This document shows, piece by piece, positions 49,507 to 59,719 of a DNA stretch of 64,000 bases. The translations under genes were made by a program, and so were the position numbers. The DNA comes from Oceanispirochaeta sp. GTDB taxonomy: Bacteria > Spirochaetota > Spirochaetia > DSM-2461. The stretch is taken from contig CAXXXD010000002.1 in the NCBI GenBank assembly GCA_963663385.2, forward strand, positions 896,001 through 960,000. The letters are read 5' to 3'. Below the pieces are notes generated by a model that was not told the DNA's origin, did no database searches, and worked only from the letters and a program-made list of their open reading frames with translations. How positions within the stretch are numbered: position 1 is the stretch's first letter; the number at the start of each line of letters is the position of its first letter.

Positions 49507-50577
49507 ATGAGTGTTGCAATAGATATAAACCATGCATTAAAAAAATATGGAGAAAATGTCATTATCCCGGATTTGAATCTTCAGATTAAAGATGGAGAGT
49601 TTTTTACATTATTAGGCCCATCGGGGTGTGGTAAAACAACTCTGCTCCGAATGATTGCCGGTTTTAACAGTATAGAAGGCGGGGAATTTTATTTTGATGA
49701 AAATATCATTAATGATCTGGATCCGAGCAAAAGAAACATCGGTATGGTGTTTCAGAATTATGCCATATTCCCTCATTTGACAGTACGGGCAAATGTTGAG
49801 TTCGGATTAAATAACCGGGACTACAGCAAAAAAGACATTGGTCCTTTAGCTGATAAATTTTTAAAGCTCATGCAAATCTATGAATACAGGGATAGAATGC
49901 CGGAAAATTTATCCGGTGGTCAGCAGCAGAGAGTCGCCCTGGCAAGGGCTCTGGTTATTGCTCCGGATGTTCTTTTAATGGATGAGCCTTTATCCAACCT
50001 GGATGCCAAACTTCGTCTTGAAATGCGGCAGGCCATCAGGGATATTCAGAAGGAAGTCGGAATCACGACGGTATATGTTACCCATGACCAGGAAGAAGCC
50101 ATGGCAATCAGTGATAGAATTGCGGTCATGAATCTGGGAGAGATCCAGCAGATCGGTACACCCCAGTCAATTTATCATCGACCTGTAAACGAGTTTGTTG
50201 CCAATTTTATCGGACGGACGAATTTAATTCTCGCTGATTGTGATAAAGATGAAGTAGATGTGTTAGGGCATAAGGTACGGATAAAAGAGCTTGATTACAA
50301 GGGTAAGGTCAAAGTTTCTATCCGCCCGGAAGAGTTTATGCTGACTGATAATATAAACACCATCAAAGCCGTAATAAAAGATACAGTTTTCCTGGGATTA
50401 AATACTCATTATTTTATAGAACTTCCCAATAAGCAGGTAGTGGAAGTTATTAAAGAGAGTATGATTGATAATTTAATCAAACCTGGAACAGAAGTATATC
50501 TGACAATCAATACAGAAAAAGTAAATGTTTATACAGAAGACGGTTTGAAAAATCTGGTGATTGCTCATGAAGATTAG
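49507..50577 (+). CDS. ABC ATP-binding protein (AfuC/PotA-like)
   Basis: 'GPSGCGKTT', 'LSGGQQQR', 'MDEPLSNLD', TOBE-like tail. Confidence 0.94.
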   Translation: MSVAIDINHALKKYGENVIIPDLNLQIKDGEFFTLLGPSGCGKTTLLRMIAGFNSIEGGEFYFDENIINDLDPSKRNIGMVFQNYAIFPHLTVRANVEFGLNNRDYSKKDIGPLADKFLKLMQIYEYRDRMPENLSGGQQQRVALARALVIAPDVLLMDEPLSNLDAKLRLEMRQAIRDIQKEVGITTVYVTHDQEEAMAISDRIAVMNLGEIQQIGTPQSIYHRPVNEFVANFIGRTNLILADCDKDEVDVLGHKVRIKELDYKGKVKVSIRPEEFMLTDNINTIKAVIKDTVFLGLNTHYFIELPNKQVVEVIKESMIDNLIKPGTEVYLTINTEKVNVYTEDGLKNLVIAHED

Positions 50578-52222
50578 AAAGCCGAAGATAAACTTGTGGT
50601 CCACATCAACCTTAAGCTTATTGGTTCTATATACGATTTTTCTGATCATACCCCTGTTCATACTGCTGTCGGAGTCGTTTATAGATAGTAATACGGGACG
50701 ATTCACTTTGGAGAATTTCCAGAGATTTTTCAGCAAAAAATACTACTATTCCACCCTGTTGAATTCTTTTAAGGTTACTGTTTCGGTTACGGTTATTGCC
50801 GTATCCCTGGGTACAACTCTGGCGTATTTTTTTGCACGGTTTAAAATTAAGGGTGCCAAAACTTTAAGAATCCTGATTATTCTATCCAGTATGTCTGCCC
50901 CCTTTGTCGGAGCCTATTCCTGGATTCTGTTATTGGGAAGGAACGGAATCATCACTCAGTTTTTTGAAGGAATTTTTGGCATTACCATGCCCGATATCTA
51001 TGGATTCAAGGGGATTCTGCTTGTACTATCCCTGCAACTCTATCCGCTTATTTTCCTTTATGTTTCGGGAGCTCTGCACAATGTAGACAACTCTCTGCTG
51101 GAAGCTTCCGAGAATTTGGGCTGTTCCGGGCCCAAACGATTTTTCAAGGTTATTGTACCACTGATTTTTCCCACCGTTCTGGCCGGTGCGCTGCTTGTCT
51201 TTATGAGATGCTTCAGCGACTTCGGTACCCCCATGCTTATCGGGGAAGGGTATCGTACATTTCCAGTTACGATCTACGATGCCTACATGTCCGAATTAGG
51301 TGGAAATAACAGCTTCGCGGCAAGCATTGCCATTCTGGCTATCATTCTCACTCTGATTATCTTTTTAGCCCAGAGATGGATTGCCAACAAGCATGCCTTT
51401 ACGATGAACAGTATTAATAAAATCAGACCGATTCAGATTGAAGGTATCAAAAACATCCTGATACACATCTATGCCTATTTATTAATAACCCTGTCCATTG
51501 CTCCCCAGGCCTATGTTATATACACATCCTTCAGGAATGTTAACGGAACTGTATTCACAAGCGGCTATTCCCTGAATAATTATGTTATAGCCTTCTCCAA
51601 GATGGGCAATGCCATAAGAAATACCATTATCATACCGTTGACTGCTTTAACCTTTGTTCTCATCTTTGCCGTATTTATCGCTTATCTGGTAGTGAGAAAG
51701 AGATCAAAAATTACGGCCACAATCGATTCGGTTTCCATGGTCCCCTATATTGTACCGGGTATTGTTGTGGGTATTGCCCTGGCAAACGCCTTCAGCCGTC
51801 CGCCAATTGTATTAACAGGCAGTATGACAATCATGGTCATCGCCCTTATAATCAGACGTCTGCCTTACACAATCCGTTCGAGTGTTGCCACTTTACAGCA
51901 GATCCCCATAACAATTGAAGAAGCAGCACTATCATTGGGGGCCAGCAATATAAAAACATTCTGGAAAATTACCATTCCCATGATGTCCGCCGGTATCATA
52001 TCCGGAGCAATTTTATCCTGGATAACCATGATTTCAGAACTGGCTTCGGCTATTCTCCTTTATACCGGTAAAACAAGAACTCTGACGGTAGAAGTTTACA
52101 CCCAGGTTCTCCGGGGTAATTACGGTGTAGCCGCTGCTCTGGCCGCAATCCTTGCCGTTTTAACAACCCTGTCTCTGGTACTCTTTAACAAGTTTAATAA
52201 AGGTCAGGATTTGTCAATGTAA
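50567..52222 (+). CDS. ABC permease, duplicated domain (AfuB/FbpB-like)
   Basis: Two EAA motifs ('LLEASENLG', 'IEEAALSLGA'); 'DFGTP'. Confidence 0.92.
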   Translation: MKIRKPKINLWSTSTLSLLVLYTIFLIIPLFILLSESFIDSNTGRFTLENFQRFFSKKYYYSTLLNSFKVTVSVTVIAVSLGTTLAYFFARFKIKGAKTLRILIILSSMSAPFVGAYSWILLLGRNGIITQFFEGIFGITMPDIYGFKGILLVLSLQLYPLIFLYVSGALHNVDNSLLEASENLGCSGPKRFFKVIVPLIFPTVLAGALLVFMRCFSDFGTPMLIGEGYRTFPVTIYDAYMSELGGNNSFAASIAILAIILTLIIFLAQRWIANKHAFTMNSINKIRPIQIEGIKNILIHIYAYLLITLSIAPQAYVIYTSFRNVNGTVFTSGYSLNNYVIAFSKMGNAIRNTIIIPLTALTFVLIFAVFIAYLVVRKRSKITATIDSVSMVPYIVPGIVVGIALANAFSRPPIVLTGSMTIMVIALIIRRLPYTIRSSVATLQQIPITIEEAALSLGASNIKTFWKITIPMMSAGIISGAILSWITMISELASAILLYTGKTRTLTVEVYTQVLRGNYGVAAALAAILAVLTTLSLVLFNKFNKGQDLSM

Positions 52223-52243
52223 TGTCGCGGAGAACAGATCCGG

Positions 52244-52292
52244 CACAATTGCTGATGGTACATGAACTATCGGCAATTGTGTTATTTCTTCT
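52244..52292 (+). terminator. Intrinsic terminator
   Basis: CACAATTGCTGATGGT ... ACTATCGGCAATTGTG followed by a T-rich tract. Confidence 0.6.
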
Positions 52293-52524
52293 TTTTATTT
52301 CTTACGGGTAAAACTCTACTAACTGTTAATTTTAGCAATATTTTTAGGGGTATAGTGTTCCCCGCCAGCTGACTTTTCCGTTGACTTAGTATTGTCTAAT
52401 AAATCAAACTGAGAAATTTGATTTCCTGTCCAGACATAAGGGCCCACTATACAGCTTAAGGGATTTTTTTTGTCCAGAAAACCTGAAAAAGAAATCGCAC
52501 CCTTTAGATTTACTATTAATGACA

Positions 52525-52542
52525 AATGAAAACGTTTACTAT
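52525..52542. promoter_or_regulatory. LacI-type operator upstream of the lacI-family gene
   Basis: AATGAAAACGTTTACTAT, 15/18 match to the perfect palindrome at 57646. Confidence 0.7.
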
Positions 52543-52556
52543 ATAATTTCTATAAT

Positions 52557-53579
52557 ATGAAAAAACGTGTTTCAATTGGAGATGTAGCTAAGCTGGCAAA
52601 AGTTTCAATTGCTACAGTATCAAGAGTGATTAATGATACCGGGTATCCTGTATCAAAAGAAGCAAGGGAGCGGATTCTTGATGCCGTTGATCAATTAAAC
52701 TACACACCTAGCTATGCTGCCCAGAGACTCCGAAGAGATTTTAATCCTGTGATTGGTCTGATTGTTAGAGACATCGCTAATAGTTTTTTTGGGGAAATTG
52801 CCAAAGGTGCGACTGAACGCGCTATGGAACTTGGACATCTGTCTTTTGTTTGTAATACAGGAAGAGATGCTGTAAATGAGATGGAGTTTCATGAGTTACT
52901 CTGGAAAAACAGGGTTAGGGGAATCCTCTTAATTGGAGGAGGGATAGATACTCCTGAATATCAGAGAATGATGGAAAAACAGATTCTACGTTGTAATAAA
53001 TTCGGATTAAGGATTGTTGCAAATGCTCCGCAGGGGGTTGATCTTCCAATGGTAACGGTAGATCTGGAGAAAATCAGTTTTGAGATAACCGAGTATTTAT
53101 TAAAACTGGGGCATCAATCCATAGGGTTGATTACCGGAGAGCAAGGTGTCATGACCAGTAGAAGGCATCTTGACGGGTATTCCAAGGCCCTATCTAACCA
53201 ACAAATACCGGTAGATATGAACCTGATAAGATTAGAGGCTTTTACCGAAAAATGTGGATACAGATCCTGTAAGGAAATGCTTGAATCCCAACTTAAACCA
53301 ACAGCTATTTGCTGTGGTTGTGATCCAATTGCCGTGGGAGTCCTTCATGCTCTTCATGAGGCTAACCTGAAGGTTCCAGAGGACGTATCTCTAATTTCTA
53401 TTGGAGACACTCCGATGGCAAGTCATTTGAGACCCGCTCTCTCCAGCGTTTGTGTCCCCCGGTATGAAATGGGAGCAAAAGCGGTCGAATTAATCTTATC
53501 TAATAATGTTGATAATTCCTATATTGAGAATCTTCCATATAGATTTATTGAGAGGGATTCAGTAAAATCCCTGCTTTAA
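52557..53579 (+). CDS. LacI-family transcriptional regulator
   Basis: 'SIGDVAKLAKVSIATVSRVIN', 'VPEDVSLI', 'IERDS'. Confidence 0.95.
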   Translation: MKKRVSIGDVAKLAKVSIATVSRVINDTGYPVSKEARERILDAVDQLNYTPSYAAQRLRRDFNPVIGLIVRDIANSFFGEIAKGATERAMELGHLSFVCNTGRDAVNEMEFHELLWKNRVRGILLIGGGIDTPEYQRMMEKQILRCNKFGLRIVANAPQGVDLPMVTVDLEKISFEITEYLLKLGHQSIGLITGEQGVMTSRRHLDGYSKALSNQQIPVDMNLIRLEAFTEKCGYRSCKEMLESQLKPTAICCGCDPIAVGVLHALHEANLKVPEDVSLISIGDTPMASHLRPALSSVCVPRYEMGAKAVELILSNNVDNSYIENLPYRFIERDSVKSLL

Positions 53580-53659
53580 ATATGATTGAAATCAAAAAAA
53601 AAGTTGTGATAATGACTGTTGTTATCATTATCACAACTGGTTCTTTACCTATTGCTGGT

Positions 53660-55516
53660 TTATGCTATTTTTGTAATTTTCTGTTTAGTAATTAGCCATC
53701 TTCCAAGGAATAGAAGCGTTACGATTCCAGCTGCAGTCAAATCACTAAAGAATCCCGGTTTTAAAAGTAGAATTGCTGAACCAAAAAGCAGCACTCTTGA
53801 GAAAATACTCCATTTACCCAGAAAATACCCTTCAATCGCAGCTACAAGACAGCAAATTCCAAAGATAGCTGTTATAATGGCTAGGACTATTGAGAGAGGG
53901 GCTCCCACCATAAGTAACTCGGGTGAGAATACAAATATAAAAGGAATGATATAACCGGGTAAACCATAGATAAACCCACGTACTGCCACTTCCGTCGGAC
54001 TTGTTTTTGCAATTCCAGCAGCTGTATATGATGTAATAGCGACAGGTGGAGTTAAACCGGCTACCGCAGCAAACAAGAAAATAAACATATGGGCACTTAG
54101 AGGCTCTGCCCCCATTGAAACAAGCGGTTTTACCAGGGTAGCGGCCAGGATTATATAAACAGCTGTAATAGGCATTCCTGTACCCAGAATTATTGCAGAG
54201 ATCATTGTCAAAATCAGCCCCAGCAGGAGGTTTCCATGAGCGAAGCTTATCAGACCGCTAGCTATTTTGGTACCAAGTCCCGTTACTCCTATAACTCCAA
54301 CAATTATTCCAGCCCCGGCGCAAGCAACCGCAATGGGAACTGTCTGTTTTGATCCTTGATAAAAGGCTTCAATTACATTAGTAAACCATTTTGCAGGATT
54401 CCTCATTGAAATTAACGCTATAATTATTGTCAGAACTGTTGCCCAGAATGCTACTCTTAACGGACTCCAACCTGCAATAATAAAGACAATGAGAAACAAC
54501 AGGGGTAAACCATGGTATCCCCTCTTTAGTAAAGCATCTTTGATATCCGGTAGTTCTTCGGGGGGTAAACCTTTTAAATCAGCTTTTACAGCTCTTATAT
54601 CAGTTATTAAAAACAGGGATATATAAAATAGAATTGCAGGAATAAGAGCTGCTTTAGCAATAGAAAGATAAGGGACATTCAGATATTCTGCCATAATGAA
54701 TGCTCCTGCTCCCATTACGGGAGGCAGAAACATACCACCAGTAGAAGCTACAGCTTCTACTGCGCCAGCAATCTTTGGTTGAAAACCGATTTTCTGCATG
54801 AGAGGTATGGTAAAAGTCCCAGTAGTTACAACATTTGCTACAGGAGATCCTGAAACTGTTCCCATAAGGGCACTGGCTACTACAGAGGTCTTTGCGGGGC
54901 CTCCACGGTATCTTCCGGTCAGAGCATAGGCGAGGTCGACAAACCATTCACCTCCCCCCAAACCGCTCAACATGGAACCGAAAATCACAAAGGCGATTAT
55001 GAATGTGGATGAGATACCTAAAGCCACTCCGAATATCCCTTCTGCAGTAAGATAGAGAAAGTTAATCAATCTGGAGAGTTTTACTCCGGAATGTCCAAGA
55101 AATCCCGGAAATATTGGGCCAAGTAGAGCATACACAAGAAAAAAGCTTGCGGTAATTGTAAGACCCCAACCGACTGTAAGTTTTATTGCCAGAATTAATA
55201 CAGCCAGTGCTAAAATGCCCATTATCATATCAAGATTTGATATATCCCCAATTCCGAATATCCTTTGACGCCAGGTTAAGAGTACATAAATACTTGATGC
55301 GAATGCTGCGGCTGCCATGAAAATCTTTCCTGACTTACCCCAGATTGTTTTTGTTTCTAAAACGAGGTATGCAGCAGTTGACATGAATAGCCAATGCAGG
55401 GCCCTTTGCGTTAATGTACTGAAGCTTCCGAATCCACAGGTGAAGAAAAAAATTAGTGAGCTTAAGATTAATAACCACTTAACAAATACATTTATCCACG
55501 AAGCTTTTTCTTTCAT
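53660..55516 (-). CDS. TRAP transporter fused (4TM/12TM) permease, TAXI type
   Basis: 'GGPAK', 'SGSPVANVVTTG', 'EAVASTGG', 'TPPVA'. Confidence 0.92.
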   Translation of the reverse strand: MKEKASWINVFVKWLLILSSLIFFFTCGFGSFSTLTQRALHWLFMSTAAYLVLETKTIWGKSGKIFMAAAAFASSIYVLLTWRQRIFGIGDISNLDMIMGILALAVLILAIKLTVGWGLTITASFFLVYALLGPIFPGFLGHSGVKLSRLINFLYLTAEGIFGVALGISSTFIIAFVIFGSMLSGLGGGEWFVDLAYALTGRYRGGPAKTSVVASALMGTVSGSPVANVVTTGTFTIPLMQKIGFQPKIAGAVEAVASTGGMFLPPVMGAGAFIMAEYLNVPYLSIAKAALIPAILFYISLFLITDIRAVKADLKGLPPEELPDIKDALLKRGYHGLPLLFLIVFIIAGWSPLRVAFWATVLTIIIALISMRNPAKWFTNVIEAFYQGSKQTVPIAVACAGAGIIVGVIGVTGLGTKIASGLISFAHGNLLLGLILTMISAIILGTGMPITAVYIILAATLVKPLVSMGAEPLSAHMFIFLFAAVAGLTPPVAITSYTAAGIAKTSPTEVAVRGFIYGLPGYIIPFIFVFSPELLMVGAPLSIVLAIITAIFGICCLVAAIEGYFLGKWSIFSRVLLFGSAILLLKPGFFSDLTAAGIVTLLFLGRWLITKQKITKIA

Positions 55517-55518
55517 GA

Positions 55519-56499
55519 TTACTGCTCCAGAAGGTTATTTTCCCGATAATACCTTTCAGCACCAGGATGGAGAGGTATTGGCATATCCGCTGCAGTTTCC
55601 AGTGTGAAAGCCCTGGCAGCAGGATGGGAATCATTAATTTTGGTTGGATCTTCCATTAAGGCCTTTAATATCTGGTAAACAGTCTCTTCTGAAAGCTTAT
55701 TATCAACGACTACCATATTCGTGCTTTTAAAAGTCACTATGTCTGAATCTGTTTCATATACTGATGCTGGTATTGTAAAAGAGGAGTAATAAGGGTGAAC
55801 TAGATTAACTTTATCAATAACATTTGCCGGAACCGGGATTAATCTGAAATCTTTACCAGTTTCCTTGAGTTGCTTTAATGCAGGGCTTGGCATAGCCGCC
55901 TGAATGATAATAGCATCCAGATTCCCATCTGATAGCATGGTTGCGCTTTCACCATAAGAAAGGAAAGTAGCAGTAACATCATCAATAGTAAAACCGGCAG
56001 CCTCAAACGCATATTTTGAGATCTCCACTCCCAAACCGCCTTGTGGTCCAAGTGAAATCCTCTTGCCTTTTAAATTATAGAAATCTTTAACATCCGAGTC
56101 TTTTAACACTGCAATCTGATAAATACCCTGTGTGAGATTGCTGAATAATCCACTAATCCTGGGATTAGGTTCAGAAAAGGGAGATAATCCATTTAATCCT
56201 CTGTAGGCAGATGCGTTTGATGTTATGGCAATTTTAACACTGCCTTCCTGGATAAGACGAATATTATCTACAGCTCCCCCGGTTACCTGTGCTGTTGCCT
56301 GGGTGTCGAGTTTATCTGTCAAGATTTCAGCCATTGCAATTCCTATCGGATAGTAGGCACCTCCGGTTCCTGCCGTTCCAATTTCAATAAATCTTGGAAT
56401 ATCTCCGTTTCCTTCTTTTTGTCCTTCCGAATAAAGAGTAACGGAAAACAGGAGAATCATACAAAGTGAAAATATAAAAGTAGATGTTTTTTTTAACAT
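55519..56499 (-). CDS. TAXI-family TRAP substrate-binding protein
   Basis: 'IGTAGTGGAYYPIG', 'TGGAVDN', 'PLHPGAERYY'; start moved to MLKKTS (GGAGG RBS). Confidence 0.92.
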   Translation of the reverse strand: MLKKTSTFIFSLCMILLFSVTLYSEGQKEGNGDIPRFIEIGTAGTGGAYYPIGIAMAEILTDKLDTQATAQVTGGAVDNIRLIQEGSVKIAITSNASAYRGLNGLSPFSEPNPRISGLFSNLTQGIYQIAVLKDSDVKDFYNLKGKRISLGPQGGLGVEISKYAFEAAGFTIDDVTATFLSYGESATMLSDGNLDAIIIQAAMPSPALKQLKETGKDFRLIPVPANVIDKVNLVHPYYSSFTIPASVYETDSDIVTFKSTNMVVVDNKLSEETVYQILKALMEDPTKINDSHPAARAFTLETAADMPIPLHPGAERYYRENNLLEQ

Positions 56500-56631
56500 A
56501 TTAATCCCTCCTTTGGGATTGAATGAACCGGAATGATGAAAATATATTATAATCTTCAACATTCCTGTTCTTACCATCAAAATATTGAATATAATACTGT
56601 TTAGATGAAAATGCTTTAGAAGCTGTCGGAT

Positions 56632-57567
56632 TTATGAAATTCTGCTTAGTCCGGCTGCTTTTACTGCTTCATGGATCTCAGTTTCCGCACCAGCCTCTAA
56701 TGGGAGAAGAGGTGATCTTACTGTTGCGTGTTCAAGAATCCCTCTGGCAACCAGAGCATGTTTCAGAGCCACAGTTCCTTCCATATGAGACCCTCTATGG
56801 TAGATGGATTTAGTGATTGGCATTAATTGATCATGGATTTTTTTAGCTTCAGGGTAATTCTGTGCTTTTCCGGCTTTGATAAAAGCGACAAGTAATTCGG
56901 GAGCAACATTTCCATAGCCAACAAGAAGGCCGTCAACATCAAAAATGGTATGAAGCAGGTATTCATCATGGCAACTGAGAATTTGCAGGTCAGGTCTTTC
57001 TTTACGAATGACTGGAATTTCCGTATCCCATCTTCTCATGTTTCTCACTCCATTTTTCATGGCAAATACACCGGGTTGTGCTGCTATATCAAGCATAGTT
57101 TCAAGATCATATGTACATTTTGTGACATCCGGATATTGAAAAAGGATAAGAGGGAGACCGCTCTTATCGAAAACCTGTTTGTATTTGTCCTGTGGAGCAC
57201 CATTCTGATAACCAAAACGGAGCCATCCGTGAGAAGGATAAAGGAGGCCTGCTGATGCTCCGGATTTTACAGCTCTTTTAGCTTCTTCTGCGGCAACTTC
57301 AGTTCCTTCTTTTGTTATGCCTGCAATAATCGGGATCTCTCCGTTTACAGCTTCAACAAATGCTTCAATAACCTTCATTTGTTCATCATCCGATAAAAAT
57401 GTACCTTCCCCGGCATGACCGAGTACAGTCAAACTTTTTACCCCTTCGATACTTCCCAGCCATGATCCCAACTTTTTAATAGCAGGGTAATCAACATCTC
57501 CATCTTTTGTAAAAGGTGTTACGGGGGCGGGATTTAATCCTTTTAAATCAATTTCAATTTTACTCAC
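56632..57567 (-). CDS. DapA/N-acetylneuraminate lyase-family (class I aldolase) protein of unknown substrate
   Basis: 'APVTPF', 'GHAGEG', 'LFQYP', Schiff-base 'AMKNG', 'VRSPLLPL'; not a canonical DapA. Confidence 0.82.
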   Translation of the reverse strand: MSKIEIDLKGLNPAPVTPFTKDGDVDYPAIKKLGSWLGSIEGVKSLTVLGHAGEGTFLSDDEQMKVIEAFVEAVNGEIPIIAGITKEGTEVAAEEAKRAVKSGASAGLLYPSHGWLRFGYQNGAPQDKYKQVFDKSGLPLILFQYPDVTKCTYDLETMLDIAAQPGVFAMKNGVRNMRRWDTEIPVIRKERPDLQILSCHDEYLLHTIFDVDGLLVGYGNVAPELLVAFIKAGKAQNYPEAKKIHDQLMPITKSIYHRGSHMEGTVALKHALVARGILEHATVRSPLLPLEAGAETEIHEAVKAAGLSRIS

Positions 57568-57645
57568 AAGCTTCTCCTAAGTTTTTTTTGTTATAATTTG
57601 TCAGGAAATAGGTCCTGGTTCTGTGTATACAAGATTCAATACACC

Positions 57646-57688
57646 ATAGAAAACGTTTTCTATATTTATTATAGTAATCGTTTTCTAT
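57646..57688. promoter_or_regulatory. Tandem LacI-type operators upstream of the aldolase-TAXI operon
   Basis: Perfect ATAGAAAACGTTTTCTAT (57646-57663) and ATAGTAATCGTTTTCTAT (57671-57688). Confidence 0.8.
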
Positions 57689-57916
57689 TCTTGTCAAGAA
57701 AAAGTTTCCTCTGAATAATTCCTTAATACATTTTTCTTTTCTATAATGTTAATTTATTGTATAACAATTAAATAAATATGAATCAGGACTAGGGGAGGTT
57801 CTAGTATGAATTCATTTAATTTTTATCTTTTAAAAAAAAGAAAAGGTGTAGTTTGAAAAAGGAATGATCAAAAAAGAGGGAATGAGATTAACTGTCGGCT
57901 ATTTTTACAATACCCC

Positions 57917-59719
57917 TCAATACCCCAAAAACTCCTTAATCTTCGGCAGAAAAAACGGCCCATACTGCTCCAGCTTCGTCTCACCCACACCGGAAACCCG
58001 TAAAAATCCACTATTATCCACAGGCTTGAGCGCACTCATCTCCCGCAGGGTTTTATCTGAAAAAATCACATAAGGCGGCACATTCTTCTTCCGGGCCAGT
58101 TCTGTCCGGACTTCTTTCAGCAGATCAAACAGATCCGTATCGTAGTTGCCCGATTTGGCAAAGAGATCTTCCTCACCCGTGGGGACTTTCGGGAGTTTGT
58201 CATCCTTTTTGATAATAAAGAAAGGCTCCCGGCCGAAGAGGATCTCCCGGCCTTTGGGAGTCAGTTTCAGGGCGTTATAGGACTCCGCATCCTGAATAAC
58301 AGCCTTCTGGCTGATCAGCTCCTCTACAATCCCGCGCCACCACTTCTTGCTTTTGTCCTTTCCCACCCCGTAGGTCTTGATATTCTCATGGCCCATCCGC
58401 CGGATCTTCTCCGTATCCGCTCCCTGTACTATATCTATTACATGGGTCAGGCCGAATCGCTCTTCCGTACGAATAACAGCAGACAGGATCTTCTGGGCAT
58501 CCACGGAGCCGTTGACCTTTTCGATCTCGCCTGTGCATATATCGCAGAACCCGCAGTCATCCTCTGCCGGTTCGTCGAAGTACTCCAGGATCTGCTTCCG
58601 GCGGCATACATTGACAGAAGCATAGTTGGCCATCCGCTGCATATTCTGCCGGGCCCGTTCCTTCTCTTCCGGATTTTCCATTTGATCGATAAAGTACTGG
58701 AGTTTCACCAGATCTCCGGCGGAGTAGAGGAGCAGACAGTGGGATTCCAGGCCGTCCCGTCCGGCCCGTCCGGTCTCCTGGTAGTAGCCTTCCATACTTT
58801 TAGGGAGGTCTCCGTGAATCACAAAACGGATGTTGCTCTTGTCAATTCCCATGCCGAAGGCGATGGTCGCCACAATCACATCCACTTCATCCCGGTTGAA
58901 CATCTCCTGGTTCTCCTCCCGGGTGGCCTGGGGCAGCCCCGCATGGTAGGGGAGGGCTTTGATTCCGCTGGCCGCCAGGTGGGCGGCGGTTTTCTCTACA
59001 TCCTTCCGGCTGGTCCGGTAGACTATCCCCGCCTGGTCGGAGTGATCCAGGATAAAGCCGGTAATCTGACGCAGAACCTTCTCCTTGCGGTCAACCCGGT
59101 AGAACAGTTCCTTTCTGTTGAAAGACGCCCGTACCAGAAAGGGGTTTTTCAAACGGAGAATCCGGACGATATCATCCTGAACTTTCTTGGTGGCGGTGGC
59201 GGTAAAAGCAGCGATGGGAACATCTGGAAATGCTTCCCGAATCCGGGAAAGTACCAGGTAGTCGGGACGGAAGTCGTGGCCCCACTCGGAGAGGCAGTGG
59301 GCTTCATCAATGGCAAAGAATTTAACCGGCCACTCTTTCAGTTTTTCCAGGTATCCGTCCAGGGCCAGCCGTTCGGGTGAAATGTAGAGCAGTTTGATCT
59401 CTCCTGCGTAAAGCCGGGCATAGGTAACGGAGGCTTCCTCGGCATTCAGGGTGCTGTTGATGAATACAGCGGGTATCCCCGTCTCCACAGCCGCATCCAC
59501 CTGATCCTTCATCAGGGCTATCAGGGGGCTAATGACGATAGTTAGCCCCTCCAGGCAGAGAGCGGGGATCTGGTAGCAGATGGATTTTCCCCCTCCCGTA
59601 GGCATGGAGGCAAAGGCATCTTTTCCGTTCAGTACCGCTTCAATAATCTCTTTCTGATTGGGACGGAAGGCATCGTAGCCGAATTGTTTCTGCAGGTAGG
59701 TGAGGGGCATTTTTGTCAT
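57917..59719 (-). CDS. recQ: ATP-dependent DNA helicase RecQ
   Basis: 'MPTGGGKS', 'DEAHC.SEWGHDFRPDY', 'QETGRAGRDG', Zn-binding 'CRR...C.FCD.C', RQC, HRDC 'PPYVIFSDKTL'. Confidence 0.97.
   Translation of the reverse strand: MTKMPLTYLQKQFGYDAFRPNQKEIIEAVLNGKDAFASMPTGGGKSICYQIPALCLEGLTIVISPLIALMKDQVDAAVETGIPAVFINSTLNAEEASVTYARLYAGEIKLLYISPERLALDGYLEKLKEWPVKFFAIDEAHCLSEWGHDFRPDYLVLSRIREAFPDVPIAAFTATATKKVQDDIVRILRLKNPFLVRASFNRKELFYRVDRKEKVLRQITGFILDHSDQAGIVYRTSRKDVEKTAAHLAASGIKALPYHAGLPQATREENQEMFNRDEVDVIVATIAFGMGIDKSNIRFVIHGDLPKSMEGYYQETGRAGRDGLESHCLLLYSAGDLVKLQYFIDQMENPEEKERARQNMQRMANYASVNVCRRKQILEYFDEPAEDDCGFCDICTGEIEKVNGSVDAQKILSAVIRTEERFGLTHVIDIVQGADTEKIRRMGHENIKTYGVGKDKSKKWWRGIVEELISQKAVIQDAESYNALKLTPKGREILFGREPFFIIKKDDKLPKVPTGEEDLFAKSGNYDTDLFDLLKEVRTELARKKNVPPYVIFSDKTLREMSALKPVDNSGFLRVSGVGETKLEQYGPFFLPKIKEFLGY

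Noticed and set aside
58388..59380. 330-aa plus-strand ORF
   Set aside because: Antisense shadow of recQ.
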